The notes beneath the pieces were generated by a model. The model saw only the letters and a list, made by a program, of their open reading frames with translations. It was not told the origin of the DNA and did no database searches. Positions 10,110 to 20,851 of a DNA stretch of 64,000 bases are shown piece after piece (position 1 is the stretch's first letter; each line of letters begins with the position of its first letter). The DNA is taken from NCBI GenBank assembly GCA_963808235.1, contig CAWEEQ010000004.1:3040001-3104000 (forward strand), written 5' to 3'. The position numbers and the translations under genes were made by a program. The stretch comes from an uncultured delta proteobacterium. GTDB lineage: Bacteria > Desulfobacterota > Binatia > Binatales > Binataceae.

Positions 10110-10140
10110 ATGCAAAATGCAGACCGCAATAATTTTGCAT
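10110..10140. promoter_or_regulatory. Inverted repeat ATGCAAAAT-N13-ATTTTGCAT, candidate enhancer-binding-protein site
   Basis: 9-bp perfect arms in the divergent intergenic region between the permease and the sigma54 response regulator. Confidence 0.5.
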
Positions 10141-10303
10141 GGTTCATCGATTCTTCTTGAAGTCGGTACCTGCGGGTCGCAACGGCTTGGGCTTTAATCG
10201 TCGTGCAACCTGCAATGAATAGGTGGCGGCAAACCTTGGCTAACTCTTGAAGCATCCTGCCGATGGAGCAGAATGAGAATCATGCACGAACACGAGGAAG
10301 AAC

Positions 10304-11634
10304 TTGGCTAACATCCTTGTCGTCGATGACGACCGAAACATTCGCCGCGTTCTTGCCGCGAGCCTCGAATCCGCCAGCCATCAGGTGACGATGGCCGAAA
10401 GCGCCGAGCGCGCGCTCGAGCTGATGGCGGGCGTCGGCGCCGTCAGTGGTCGTGACCGACGTGCGAATGGAAGGGATGGGAGGGCTGAAGCTGCTCGAAT
10501 CGATCAAGCGGCTTAGCCCGGCGCTGCCAGTCGTGATGATGACGGCATACGGCTCGATCCCCGACGCCGTCGACGCGATGCGCCACGGTGCGTACGACTA
10601 TGTCACCAAGCCGTTCACCGCCGACCACATCCTGCGCGTGGTGACGCGGGCGCTCGAAGTGCAGGAACTCCGCACCGAGAATCGCGAGCTGCGCGAGAAG
10701 ATCGAGAGCCTGACCGAGCCGGAGCCATTTCTCACTTACAGTCCGCATTCGCGAAAGCTGGCGGAGACGGCCGCGCAAGTCGCCAACAGCGACGCGACGG
10801 CGCTTATCACCGGCGAGAGCGGCACCGGCAAGAGCATGCTCGCCTCGTACATACATCGCTTGAGCCCGCGCAAGGACGGGCCGTTCGTGCAGGTCGCGTG
10901 CACCACGCTCAGCGAGCATCTGCTCGAAAGCGAACTTTTCGGACACGTGCGCGGTTCGTTTACCGGCGCGATCAAGGATAAGCCGGGGCGGCTCGAGGCG
11001 GCCGAGAACGGCACCGTGCTGCTCGACGAGATCGGCGACCTGACTCCGGTGGTGCAATCGAAGCTGCTGCGGTTCCTGCAGGAGCGGACGTTCGAGCGGG
11101 TCGGCGGCGCGCAGACAATCAAGGTGGACGCGCGGATAATCGCCGCGACCAATCAGCATCTCGAACAACTGGTCAAGGAGAAACGCTTCCGCGAAGATTT
11201 GTACTATCGGCTCAATGTGATCGAGTTGCAGGTGCCCGCGCTGCGCGAACGTCCCGGCGAAATCATGAAACTGGCGGAGCACTTTGCGGCGCAAGCGGCG
11301 CAGACGCATCACAAGCCGGCGCACTCGATCGCGAGCCGAGGCGCGTGAGGCGCTGATCTCCTACTCGTGGCCGGGGAATATTCGCGAACTGAGAAACGTG
11401 ATGGAACGCGCGGTGATCCTGAGCCGCGGCGAGACGATCGATCTGAGCGATCTGCCCGACAAGATTCTCGCGACGCCCGACAAGGTCGACCACAGTCTCA
11501 CGCTGGAGCAAATGGAGCGCAGGCATATCGAGGTAGTGCTCGAACAGGCGATGACGCTCGAAGAGGCGGCGGATATGCTAGGTATCAACGTCGCGACGCT
11601 GTGGCGCAAGCGCCGGAGATACGGACTGGACTAG
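10304..11634 (+). CDS. Sigma54-dependent response regulator (REC-AAA-Fis HTH, AlgB/AtoC-like; two frameshifts)
   Basis: ILVVDDD, GESGTGKS, ESELFGHVRGSFTGA, FREDLYYRLNV, WPGNIRELRN, LGINVATLWRKRRRYG. Confidence 0.93.
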
Positions 11635-11646
11635 AGGAATTTAATC

Positions 11647-12585
11647 ATGGCAACATCGCACTCGCATGCACGATACTTCCCGATAGTCCGCCGGCGCGGC
11701 TTATCGAATGGGCGCGGGCCGCGGAGGACGCGGGCTTCTCCGGCGTTTTCATGACCGAGGCGAACAACGACTCGCTCGCGTGCTCGCTCGCGCTCGGACT
11801 GCATACCAAGCGAATCAAGCTCGGCACCGCGATCACGAATATTTATCTGCGCCATCCGAATCTGCTCGCCAACGAGGCGGCCGCGGTGCAGGAGTTCACT
11901 GGCGGCAGATTCATCCTCGGACTTGGCACGGGGCATCGCGAGAGCAACTCGATGCTCGGGATCGAGATGGGCGAGCCGCTGAAAAAAATGCGCGAGACGG
12001 TAAAGACTCTGCGCGCCGCGCTCGACGGTGGAAAGACGGGGCCTCGCGTCAGCGCGAAGCTGCCGCTTTATCTCGCGGGAGTATCGCGCCCGATGGTGAA
12101 GCTGGCGGGCGAAATCGGCGACGGCGTCATCTTCAATTTTTTTCCGCCGGCGCGGGTCAAGGAAGCGCTCGGAGAGTTGGCGGAGGGCGCGCGGGTTGCG
12201 TCGCGCGATCCCAAACAGATCGAGGCGACACTGTTCGCGACCGCGTTTATTTCCGATGACCTCGAGGCGGCGCGACGTCCTGCGCGCAAGCTGCTATCGC
12301 GATACGGCGCGCTCAAGTTTTACGGCAACATGATGGCGCACGCGGGATTTGAGCGCGAAATCTGGCGCAATCCGCGCGGCCGGACGCGACGCCGACGCAG
12401 CAATGAAGGCGGTCAGCAACGAACTGATCGATGCGACGCTGCTGGTGGGCTCGGAGTCGCGGGTTCGCGAGCGCCTGCACGAGCTATGCGCGCCGGGAAT
12501 CGGCACCGCGATCGTGTTCACGAATCCGGTCAACGAAGATCGCAACGCCGCGGTCATGCGCACGATCCGCGCGCTAAAGCAGTAG
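11647..12585 (+). CDS. LLM-class flavin-dependent oxidoreductase (frameshifted)
   Basis: AEDAGFSGVFMTE, TKRIKLGTAITN, GRFILGLGTG, LAGEIGDG. Confidence 0.85.
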
Positions 12586-12598
12586 CGGAATTAGCGCT

Positions 12599-13366
12599 CT
12601 ACGGCATTTCCTCTTCACTGGTTTGCGCGTTGACCGTGCCGCGGGCCAGTGCGACGCGATCGAAGAAGCGGCGGATGCGTCTCGCGTTGATTCCAAGATC
12701 GCCCTTGCCATCACGCGATTTCGAGCGCATCTCGACCAGGCTTTCGCCGTCGGGCGTGGGCCGAATCTGGATCACGATATCATCCTGAAAATGGAACAGC
12801 TTCGAAGTCGAAACGGCTTCGAGAGTGTTCTTCGAGGGATCGGAATAGGTAATCTTCCATGTCGGCGCGGACTGGGCGACCTCTGTCACGCGCTGGAACT
12901 CCGCCGACGGTTCGAGGCGTTCCTTGATCGGTCCGATCGGGCCGTAGCCTGCCAGCTGCTTCGCGGCGTACGTGCCCTTGTCGTATTTCATGTCGCGGCT
13001 GGGGTCCGGCTGCAGCTTTTGCGCGAAGACGAATTCGGGCGGATTGTCGAAGTCGGTGGTGATGTCATTGATTGCAGGGTACTTCATGTGTCCAAGGATC
13101 GTGACGATCATCGGAATCGTGATAGCCAGGCATAATACCGTGCCGAACAGAGCGCGATTGCGTCCGGCGCGGCGCTCAGGCTTGCGGGTCAGGAAGATGG
13201 CGACGATACCCACGATCGAGCCGATGATGCTCAGCAGGAAACCGAACGCGAACAATCCAAAGCCCGTGATCGATGGGACGATGTAGAAGTGCGCGCCGAT
13301 GATTCCTACGGCGATTAGAGTGATTGCGAGCAATCCGTCGAAGAAGGCAAGCCATGCCGCTCCCAT
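12599..13366 (-). CDS. DUF1499 membrane protein
   Basis: Three N-terminal TMs, PAINDITTD, FHFQDDIVI, RSKSRDGKGDLGINARRIR. Confidence 0.88.
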   Translation of the reverse strand: MGAAWLAFFDGLLAITLIAVGIIGAHFYIVPSITGFGLFAFGFLLSIIGSIVGIVAIFLTRKPERRAGRNRALFGTVLCLAITIPMIVTILGHMKYPAINDITTDFDNPPEFVFAQKLQPDPSRDMKYDKGTYAAKQLAGYGPIGPIKERLEPSAEFQRVTEVAQSAPTWKITYSDPSKNTLEAVSTSKLFHFQDDIVIQIRPTPDGESLVEMRSKSRDGKGDLGINARRIRRFFDRVALARGTVNAQTSEEEMP

Positions 13367-13414
13367 GTTTTTCTCCTGCAGTTTTTGCGCGGCCGCGTGG
13401 TGGCCGTCGCGCGC

Positions 13415-14212
13415 TTAGTTTTTGATTCCGCGCACTACGAATTGCGGCAACACGAACAAGAACGATCCACTGGCGACTGCATGATCGATATCCTCGAACC
13501 ATCGATCGACTTCGGCCGGCGCGATCTGGCCGGAATCGCGCGCATATCGCGCGAAGCTCGCCTTCAGCATCGGGAGAGAACGTCCCGCGGTGTCTGCGCC
13601 GGCCAGAATCTCCACCTTCACTTCGCCCAGGCCTGCCGAGCGAAAGAGCCGAGGCAGTTGGCGTCCGATCCGGGGCTCCTTGATCGCAAGCGCCTTCGAA
13701 GCGGCCAGGATCCGATCGCTTCGATCGCGTCCGGCGAAACCGATTTCAAGCGCAATCATGTCCCAGTCGCTGTCCACCGCGACGACGATCCCGCCCGATG
13801 CCGTCACACGCGCCATTTCCGCGACAGTATTGGCCGCGGAATCGACATACTCAAGGACATTTTTGCACCAGACCCGGTCGAAGGAGCGGTCGGGAAACGG
13901 GAGCGGAGGAAATGCATGGTGCACAAATTTCGCCGCGAGCTTCGCGTCGCGGGCGCGCGCGGACGATCGCGCGACGAACTCGGCGTTGATATCCACGCCG
14001 GTCACGCTGCCATCAGGGGCAACGCGCCGTGCGAGTTCGAGCGTCGTATGACCTGGACCGGAGCCGACATCGAGCACGCGCAGCCCGGGCTTTAATTCGA
14101 GCGGACGGAGGATCGGCTCCATCGCGGGATGGTAGGCAAGAATCTGGTCGTAGGCGCTATGGCGCTCGGAGTCGATATCGACCCAATGTTGTTTGTAGTA
14201 GGGCTCGGCCAT
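13415..14212 (-). CDS. Class I SAM-dependent methyltransferase
   Basis: VLDVGSGPG, LPFPDRSFD, VAVDSDW. Confidence 0.88.
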   Translation of the reverse strand: MAEPYYKQHWVDIDSERHSAYDQILAYHPAMEPILRPLELKPGLRVLDVGSGPGHTTLELARRVAPDGSVTGVDINAEFVARSSARARDAKLAAKFVHHAFPPLPFPDRSFDRVWCKNVLEYVDSAANTVAEMARVTASGGIVVAVDSDWDMIALEIGFAGRDRSDRILAASKALAIKEPRIGRQLPRLFRSAGLGEVKVEILAGADTAGRSLPMLKASFARYARDSGQIAPAEVDRWFEDIDHAVASGSFLFVLPQFVVRGIKN

Positions 14213-15096
14213 GAGATTCGGCGACCAGACGATTTGAGTTCCTTCATCGCGACGCGCAGTCGTTCCGCCGGACCCGCGGTCATCGGCACCAGCGGCAACC
14301 GCAATTCGTTGGCGCATTTGCCCATGAACGAGAGCGCTTGCTTGATCGGGATGGGATTGGTCTCGACGAATAGCGCGCGCATCAGCGGGAGCAAGCGGTA
14401 GTGCATCTCGCGCGCCTTTGCGAAATCACCCGCCAGCGCAGCGCTTGCCAGATCGTGCATCTCGCGCGGCACCGCGTTGCTGCAAGTCGAGATCACGCCC
14501 TTGGCTCCCAGAGCGACCAGCGGCAGCGTGAGCGCGTCGTCGCCGGAGAGGATCGTGATGCTGTCGCCGCATATCTTTAAGATGTCGGACGACTGATCCA
14601 TCGAGCCCGACGCTTCCTTGATGCCGACGATGTTCTTGATCTCGGCGAGCCGGGCAATCGTTTCCGGCGCGATATTCGACGCGGTGCGGCTCGGGATGTT
14701 GTAGAGCAGGATCGGAAGATCGACACTCGCGGCGATCGTCTTGTAGTGCCTGAAGATGCCGTCCTGGGTGGGCTTGTTGTAGTACGGCGACAAAAGCAGC
14801 GCGCCGTCGGCGCCCATCTCGCGCGCGGCAGCAGTCAAGCGAATCGCCTCGGCAGTCGAGTTCGAGCCGGTTCCCGCGACCACCGGCACGCGCTTGCGCG
14901 CCTGCTCGATCGTGATCTTGACCACGCTGTCGTGCTCGGCGTGGCTGAGCGTCGCGGATTCGCCGGTCGAGCCGCAGGGCACCAGGCCATCGATTCCGCT
15001 CTGGATTTGCCATTCGACCAGTTCACGCAGCGCGGGAACATCCACTGCGCCATCGCGAAACGGCGTGATGAGCGCCGTCAGTGCACCTTTGAACAT
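14092..15096 (-). CDS. dapA: 4-hydroxy-tetrahydrodipicolinate synthase (true stop probably near 14225, extended by an indel)
   Basis: ALITPF, GSTGES, SPYYNKPTQ, YNIPSRT, GIKEASG, ETNPIPIK. Confidence 0.95.
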   Translation of the reverse strand: MFKGALTALITPFRDGAVDVPALRELVEWQIQSGIDGLVPCGSTGESATLSHAEHDSVVKITIEQARKRVPVVAGTGSNSTAEAIRLTAAAREMGADGALLLSPYYNKPTQDGIFRHYKTIAASVDLPILLYNIPSRTASNIAPETIARLAEIKNIVGIKEASGSMDQSSDILKICGDSITILSGDDALTLPLVALGAKGVISTCSNAVPREMHDLASAALAGDFAKAREMHYRLLPLMRALFVETNPIPIKQALSFMGKCANELRLPLVPMTAGPAERLRVAMKELKSSGRRISWPSPTTNNIGSISTPSAIAPTTRFLPTIPRWSRSSVRSN

Positions 15097-15117
15097 TGTC
15101 CGAGGCCTCCTCCCGAC

Positions 15118-16011
15118 TTATGCGCCGACCGGGATCATCTCGGTATCGCCGAGTTCGATCTCGCCATGAAAACTTTTACCGCGTTGCCGGTCATGAATAC
15201 GTGATTGGCGTCGGGCCCGCTCTCTCGCCATTCGATTTCAAGATTTCCGCCGCGCAGCTCCACGGTCGCGGAGCGCTCGGAATGGTTGGTCAGCACCGCC
15301 GCGACCAGCGGCCGCGCACGCACCGGTGCCACACGCCAGGGTCTCGCCGGAGCCCCGCTCCCAGACGCGCATTCGCATCTGACGGCGCGAAATCGGCAGG
15401 ATAAATTCAGTGTTGACGCGGCGCGGGAAGAACGAATGATTTTCGAATTTGCGGCCGAGCGCCGCGAAATCGCGATCCTGAAGCTTGAACACTCCATCGT
15501 CGGCGACAAATACGACGCAATGCGGATTGCCCATCGAGACCGCGGTGATCGATTCGTGCGCGCCGCCAACCTCGAGCGGGTAGTCGACGATGCGTCCGGT
15601 GGCATTCACCGGGATCTCGCGCCCTTCGAGAATAGGCTCGCCCATATCGACCGTCGCGCCGGTCACCCGGCCGTTTTGCGTCCGCAGCTCGACCGTCTTC
15701 AACCCCGCGTCGGTCTCGACGACCATCGGATTCGCGCGCACGATCCCGCGCTCGAAGGCGAGCCGTGCGAGGCATCGGATTCCGTTGCCGCACATATCGC
15801 CGCGACTTCCGTCCGCGTTGTACATCTCCATTCGGATGTCGGCCCGGTTCGACGGCGCCAACATGATCAACCCATCGCCGCCGATTCCGAAGTGGCGGTC
15901 GGAGAGCCGCTTCGAAAGCGCCGACGGATCGGCGGGCCGCGCCCGCGTAGCGACTACGTAAATGTAGTCGTTGCCCGCGCCGTGCATCTTGGTGAATTCG
16001 AGCGTTGCCAT
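15118..16011 (-). CDS. dapF: Diaminopimelate epimerase (frameshifted at the C-terminus)
   Basis: FTKMHGAGND, NADGS..MCGNGIRC, SMGNPH, ERGSGETLACGTGACA. Confidence 0.95.
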
Positions 16012-16033
16012 TTAAATCTATTACGACTTGCGT

Positions 16034-17291
16034 CTACGACTTGAGCGTCACGATATGCTCGCCGCGGATTAGATCTTCGAAACTCTCACGCTCGCGGATC
16101 ACATGCGCATCGGCGCCGTCGACCAGGATCTCCGGCGCGCGCGGGCGGCTGTTGTAGTTCGAGGCCATCACGAACCCATACGCGCCGGCGCTCATCACCG
16201 CGAGCAGGTCACCGGGCTGCGGTTCGGGCATCTCGCGTTCGCGCGCGAAAAAATCGCCGCTCTCGCATACCGGGCCGACCACGTCGACGGTCACAGTCTT
16301 GCCGGGTTTGCGCCGATCGACGGCAGCGATCTCATGGTATGCCTCGTAGAGCACCGGCCGAATCAAATCGTTCATCGCACCATCGATCACCACGAAGCGC
16401 TTGACGTCAGTCTCCTTGTTGTAGAGCACGCGGGTGACGAGCACGCCCGCGTTGCCGACGATCACGCGGCCCGGCTCGGTGATTATTTTGAGCCCGAGGC
16501 CCGCGATCGGTTTCAGCAGCGCCGCGGCGTACTCCGACGGCGGAGGCGGCTGTTCCTGGTAAGGGATTCCCAGCCCGCCGCCGAGATCGAGATATTTGAG
16601 CGCGATACCTTCAGCGCGCAGACGCCCGACGATCGATGCGACTTTATTTCCGGCCTCCGCGAAACGGCGCCATCTCGGTTATCTGCGAGCCGATATGCGT
16701 GCTGAGGCCGACAATTTCGAGACTCGCGAGTGCGCGCGCCTCTGCGTAATAGCCGTCCACTTGCGAGAGCGGCACGCCGAACTTGCTGTCGCGATGGCCG
16801 GTAGAAATGTGCGGATGCGTCCCCGGGTCGAGGTCGGGATTCACGCGCAGACTGACCGGCGCGCGCCGCTTCATCTTTCCGGCGACCTCGGCGACGCGAT
16901 GCAGTTCCGGGCGCGACTCGACATTGATCATCAGGATGCCGGCTTCCAGAGCCGCTGCGATCTCCTCGTCGGTCTTGCCGACGCCTGAGAAGACAATCTT
17001 TCGCGGGTCCGCGCCGACCCGGAGGCATCGCATAAGCTCGCCGACGGAAACGATGTCGAAGCCCGCACCCATCGACGCGAATAATTTCAGGATGCTCAAG
17101 CTCGACAGCGCCTTCATCGCGTAGCAGACCAGGTGGTCGGTGCCGGCAAAGGCTTCGTCGAAGACCCGGTAGTGACGCCGGAGCGTTCGCGCGCTGTAAA
17201 CGTAAAATGGAGTGCCGACTCGCGCGGCCAGATCGGCGAGCCGCACATCCTCGGCGTAGAGTTGATCGTTACGATATTCGAAGTAGTTCAT
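16034..17291 (-). CDS. lysA: Diaminopimelate decarboxylase (frameshift near 16640)
   Basis: GTPFYVYS, YAMKA, SKFG, HIGSQI, VVGPVCESGD, GAYG..MASNYNSRPR. Confidence 0.95.
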
Positions 17292-17427
17292 GATGCAGCG
17301 GCGTACTCACGCGGGTGGCGTTTTTCGTTGTCCACGCAACACCTGTGCGAGTGGATGAAAGTCGTTTCTATCACAGCGCGGCCCGCCGAATAAACGGGGC
17401 GCGCAGAGCGGAGGCCGCACACAAAAT

Positions 17428-17943
17428 CTAAGGGAGCGGCACTGGCGTCGGCAGCACGAAGTTTTCCGGTTTGGGCGGTGGCTTCGGAGTCTTGCGGACG
17501 ATCGTCACCGTGTTGGAGGGTTCGCTGTGATAACCGTCTGTCGTGTTGGAAATCACCTGATAGCGATACTTGCCGCCAAGCTCGGTCGCGTCATCCGCAT
17601 AGGTGAACGTGTGCTGAACCTGAAAGCGGCCCTGGTCGTCTACGGTGATTTCGCCGATCTTTTCAAATGCTCCATCAGCGCTTGCTCGGGAGACCGTGAA
17701 GCTTCCGAGGTCGCGCATCTTCGCGCCGCCCGCATAAGTCTCGGGGCGACTCCAGGTCAGGCGGATTCCAGTGTCAGAGCTGGAAGCCTCGAGGTTCTGG
17801 ATTTTTTCCGGTCGCGCCAGCTCAGGCGGAATTGGCAGCGACTTGACGCCGCATCCGAGCCACACAAGATTGGCGAGCGCGGCGCAGGTCAATATTGCGA
17901 CGAGCGTCGATGTACTCCGATCCTGATTCAACAGATGGTTCAT
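17428..17943 (-). CDS. Lipoprotein with LptM/LppL-like N-terminus and fibronectin type III-like domain
   Basis: Lipobox WLG-C followed by GVKSLPIPP; Fn3-like LTWSRP...YRYQV...SEPSN; located between argH and lysA. Confidence 0.75.
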   Translation of the reverse strand: MNHLLNQDRSTSTLVAILTCAALANLVWLGCGVKSLPIPPELARPEKIQNLEASSSDTGIRLTWSRPETYAGGAKMRDLGSFTVSRASADGAFEKIGEITVDDQGRFQVQHTFTYADDATELGGKYRYQVISNTTDGYHSEPSNTVTIVRKTPKPPPKPENFVLPTPVPLP

Positions 17944-19361
17944 CCGCGGCCAAGCTCCTTCAGGCGCAATTTGACTGCGGAGGGCGCGGGCCCGCCTTCG
18001 ATCGCACGCCGCGCAACGGATTTTTCGGCGCGCAGAATCGCGACAGCGTCAGCGTCGAAAGCGCGCGAATGTCGCCGCAAATCCGATGCGCTCAAATCCT
18101 CGAGCGTCTTGCCCGCCGCGGCAGTCTCGCGGACTATCGCACCGACTATCTCGTGCGCTTCGCGAAACGCAACTCCGTGGGCAACCAAATATTCCGCGAG
18201 GTCCGTCGCGAGCGCAAATCCTCCCGCCGCCGCGCGCATTCGTCTCTTATCGAAGCGGAGCATCGGCCAGAATTTCGCGAGCAGGTCGAGCGCGGGTTTG
18301 AGCGCGTCGACGGCGTCGAAAACGCGCTCCTTGTCTTCCTGCAAGTCGGAATTGTAGGCGAGCGGAAGTCCCTTCAGGACGGTGAGCATCGCGACCAGGT
18401 CGCCGACAACCCTTCCGGTCTTGCCGCGAATCAATTCGAGCAGATCCGGATTTTTCTTCTGCGGCATCATCGAGCTGCCAGTCGAAAATTGATCCGGCAG
18501 CGCGGCGAATCCGAACTCGGCGCTGGTCCACAGGATAATTTCCTCGCTCATGCGCGAAAGATGTACCTGGGTGAGAGCGGCCGCCGACAAGAAATCCACG
18601 ACGAAGTCGCGATCTGACACGGCGTCGATACTGTTGGCAGTAACGGACTTGAAACTGAGAGCGCGCGCAACCATCCGGCGATCGAGCGCAAGTGTGCTCG
18701 CAGCCATCGCGCCGGCGCCGAGCGGCATCACGGCAGTGCGCGCCGCGGCCTGCTCGAAACGCTCGCGGTCCCGCGCAAGCATCTCGACGTAGGCAAGCAG
18801 ATGATGCGCGAGGGTCACTGGCTGCGCGCGCTGCAGATGCGTGTAGCCCGGCATGGTTGTCAGGATGTGCCGCCTTGCGAGCCGGATGAGCGCGGCCCGA
18901 AGTCCGCCGATGAGCGATACCAGCGCAGCTATCTCGTCGCGAAGATAGAGGCGCAGGTCGAGCGCCACCTGATCGTTACGCGAACGAGCGGTGTGCAGCT
19001 TGCGTCCCGGCTCGCCGATGATCGCGATCAATCGGCGCTCGATGGCGAGATGGATATCCTCGTCGGCAATATCGAACTTGAAACGGCCGCCGGCGATCTC
19101 GGCCTCGATTTGCTCGAGTCCTCGCACGATCGCGCGCATCTCGCCAACTTTGATCAACCCTACCTTCGCGAGCATCCGGGCGTGCGCGATCGAGCCGCGG
19201 ATATCGTGCCGATAGAGCCGTCGATCGAAGGGCAGCGACGCGGTGAAGGCCTCGACCTCGGGCAGGCGTCGATGCGTAAAGCGGCCGCGGATCAGACTGC
19301 GCGCCTCGCCGTTAGCATGCGAATAGGCGGAATTTTTGTTTTGACCGCGACGCGCTTTCAC
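17940..19361 (-). CDS. argH: Argininosuccinate lyase
   Basis: HTARSRNDQV, PGYTHLQRAQP, GSSMMPQKKNPD. Confidence 0.97.
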   Translation of the reverse strand: MKARRGQNKNSAYSHANGEARSLIRGRFTHRRLPEVEAFTASLPFDRRLYRHDIRGSIAHARMLAKVGLIKVGEMRAIVRGLEQIEAEIAGGRFKFDIADEDIHLAIERRLIAIIGEPGRKLHTARSRNDQVALDLRLYLRDEIAALVSLIGGLRAALIRLARRHILTTMPGYTHLQRAQPVTLAHHLLAYVEMLARDRERFEQAAARTAVMPLGAGAMAASTLALDRRMVARALSFKSVTANSIDAVSDRDFVVDFLSAAALTQVHLSRMSEEIILWTSAEFGFAALPDQFSTGSSMMPQKKNPDLLELIRGKTGRVVGDLVAMLTVLKGLPLAYNSDLQEDKERVFDAVDALKPALDLLAKFWPMLRFDKRRMRAAAGGFALATDLAEYLVAHGVAFREAHEIVGAIVRETAAAGKTLEDLSASDLRRHSRAFDADAVAILRAEKSVARRAIEGGPAPSAVKLRLKELGRG

Positions 19362-19389
19362 TTTGATCGGAAGGAATAACTGGCGTGCA

Positions 19390-19566
19390 TCAGTTGGCCG
19401 GCCGCAATTGGCATCCGCATCCGCGCGCCGCGCAACTCATCGAACCGTCGGGATGAGTGATGTGGACGTCCATCTTGTGATGGCAATGATCGCATTCGCC
19501 GGTGCGCGGACGAGGCACCAGCTTCGGCTGCGAGCGCACTGGCTTGAACTGGATTACCTTGCCCAA
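19390..19566 (-). CDS. Small Cys/His-rich putative metal-binding protein (58 aa)
   Basis: TTG start with SD GAGG; MGKVIQFKP...CDHCHHKMDVH...SCAARGCGC; fills the argG-argH gap. Confidence 0.65.
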   Translation of the reverse strand: MGKVIQFKPVRSQPKLVPRPRTGECDHCHHKMDVHITHPDGSMSCAARGCGCQLRPAN

Positions 19567-19600
19567 CTCGATGCGTTCCTCGGATGGTCCGTCTTGACGA

Positions 19601-20834
19601 TCATATCTTCGAGCTTGCCTTCGAGCTCGCGCGCGCGAGCGCCCGAAGCCGCAAGCCCGCAAGGCGGATAAATCCCTCCGCATCGGCTTGATCGTAGCCG
19701 CCGGCCTCTTCGAAACTCGCGATCTTAGGATCGTACAACGAGTTCGGCGACTTGCGGCCCGCGATCGAGACTCCGCCCTTGAACAGTTTCAACCGCGCCA
19801 CTCCGTTGACGTTTTTCTGCGTATCGTCCACCAACGCCTGCAGCGCCTCACGCTCGGGCGCAAACCAGTATCCGTAATACACCATTTCCGCGTAGCGCGG
19901 GATAAGCGAGTCGCGCAGATGCATCACCTCACGGTCGAGGGTCAATTGTTCGACCGCACGATGCCCATGGAACAGAATGGTCACGCCGGGGGTCTCGTAC
20001 ACGCCGCGCGACTTTATTCCGACGTATCGATTCTCGACCAAATCTGCGCGACCGATCCCATGCCGGCCCGCGATTTCGTTGGCGCGCTGGATGACTTGCG
20101 CGGGCAGCAGCTTCTCACCGTTAATCGAAACGGGATTACCGCCCGCATATTCGATTTCCACGTACTCAGGCTTGTTCGGCGCGTCTTCAGGCGAGACGGT
20201 CAGCCGGAACATGTCGTCGTAAGGCTCGCGCCACGGATCCTCCAGGATGCCGCCCTCGTAGCTGACGTGGACCATGTTGCGATCCATCGAGTAGGGCTTC
20301 TCGGCGGTGACCGTGATGGGAATTTTCTTTTCGTTGGCGTACGCGACCATGTCAGCGCGACCCTTGAACGGCCAATCCAGGCGACGCCACGGCGCGACGA
20401 TCTTCAGATCCGGCGCGCAGCCGCGCGAACGTCAACTCGTATCGCACCTGGTCGTTGCCCTTGCCGGTAGCTCCGTGGGCGACGGCGTCGGCGCCTTCCT
20501 CGCGCGCTATCTCGATCTGCTTCTTCGCGATCACCGGCCGCGCGATCGAAGTGCCGAGCAGGTAATATCCTTCGTAAACCGCGTTCGCGCGCATCATTGG
20601 AAATACGAAGTCGCGGGCAAATTCCTCGCGCAGATCGACGAGATGAAATTTGCTCGCTCCGGTCTTGAGCGCTCTCTCTTCGAGTCCGTCGGTCTCGTCG
20701 CCGCCCTGGCCGACTTCGGCGCAGTAAGCAATCACCTCGCATCCGAAGTGGTCCTTGATCCAACGAAGGATCACAGAAGTGTCGAGGCCTCCCGAATAGG
20801 CGAGCACCAGTTTTTTAATTTTCTCAGTTGCCAC
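19601..20834 (-). CDS. argG: Argininosuccinate synthase (frameshift near 20420)
   Basis: [33 protein letters not shown]. Confidence 0.95.
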
Positions 20835-20851
20835 GATTTAGTTCTCTGCCG

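Noticed and set aside
8548-10197. Long antisense ORFs (549 aa here; similar at 24149, 46695 and 60573)
   Set aside because: Shadow frames of high-GC coding strands with no recognisable motifs.
10200-10300. Sigma54 promoter for the response regulator
   Set aside because: Candidate TGGC...TTG elements have GG-N9 spacing, not the required GG-N10-GC.
17292-17427. Lysine riboswitch upstream of lysA
   Set aside because: Too short and lacks the conserved L-box sequence elements.
7162-20834. Programmed frameshifting or pseudogenes in hisH, lysA, dapF and argG
   Set aside because: No consistent slippery sites, many unrelated essential genes affected, and no nonsense decay; assembly indels are more parsimonious.
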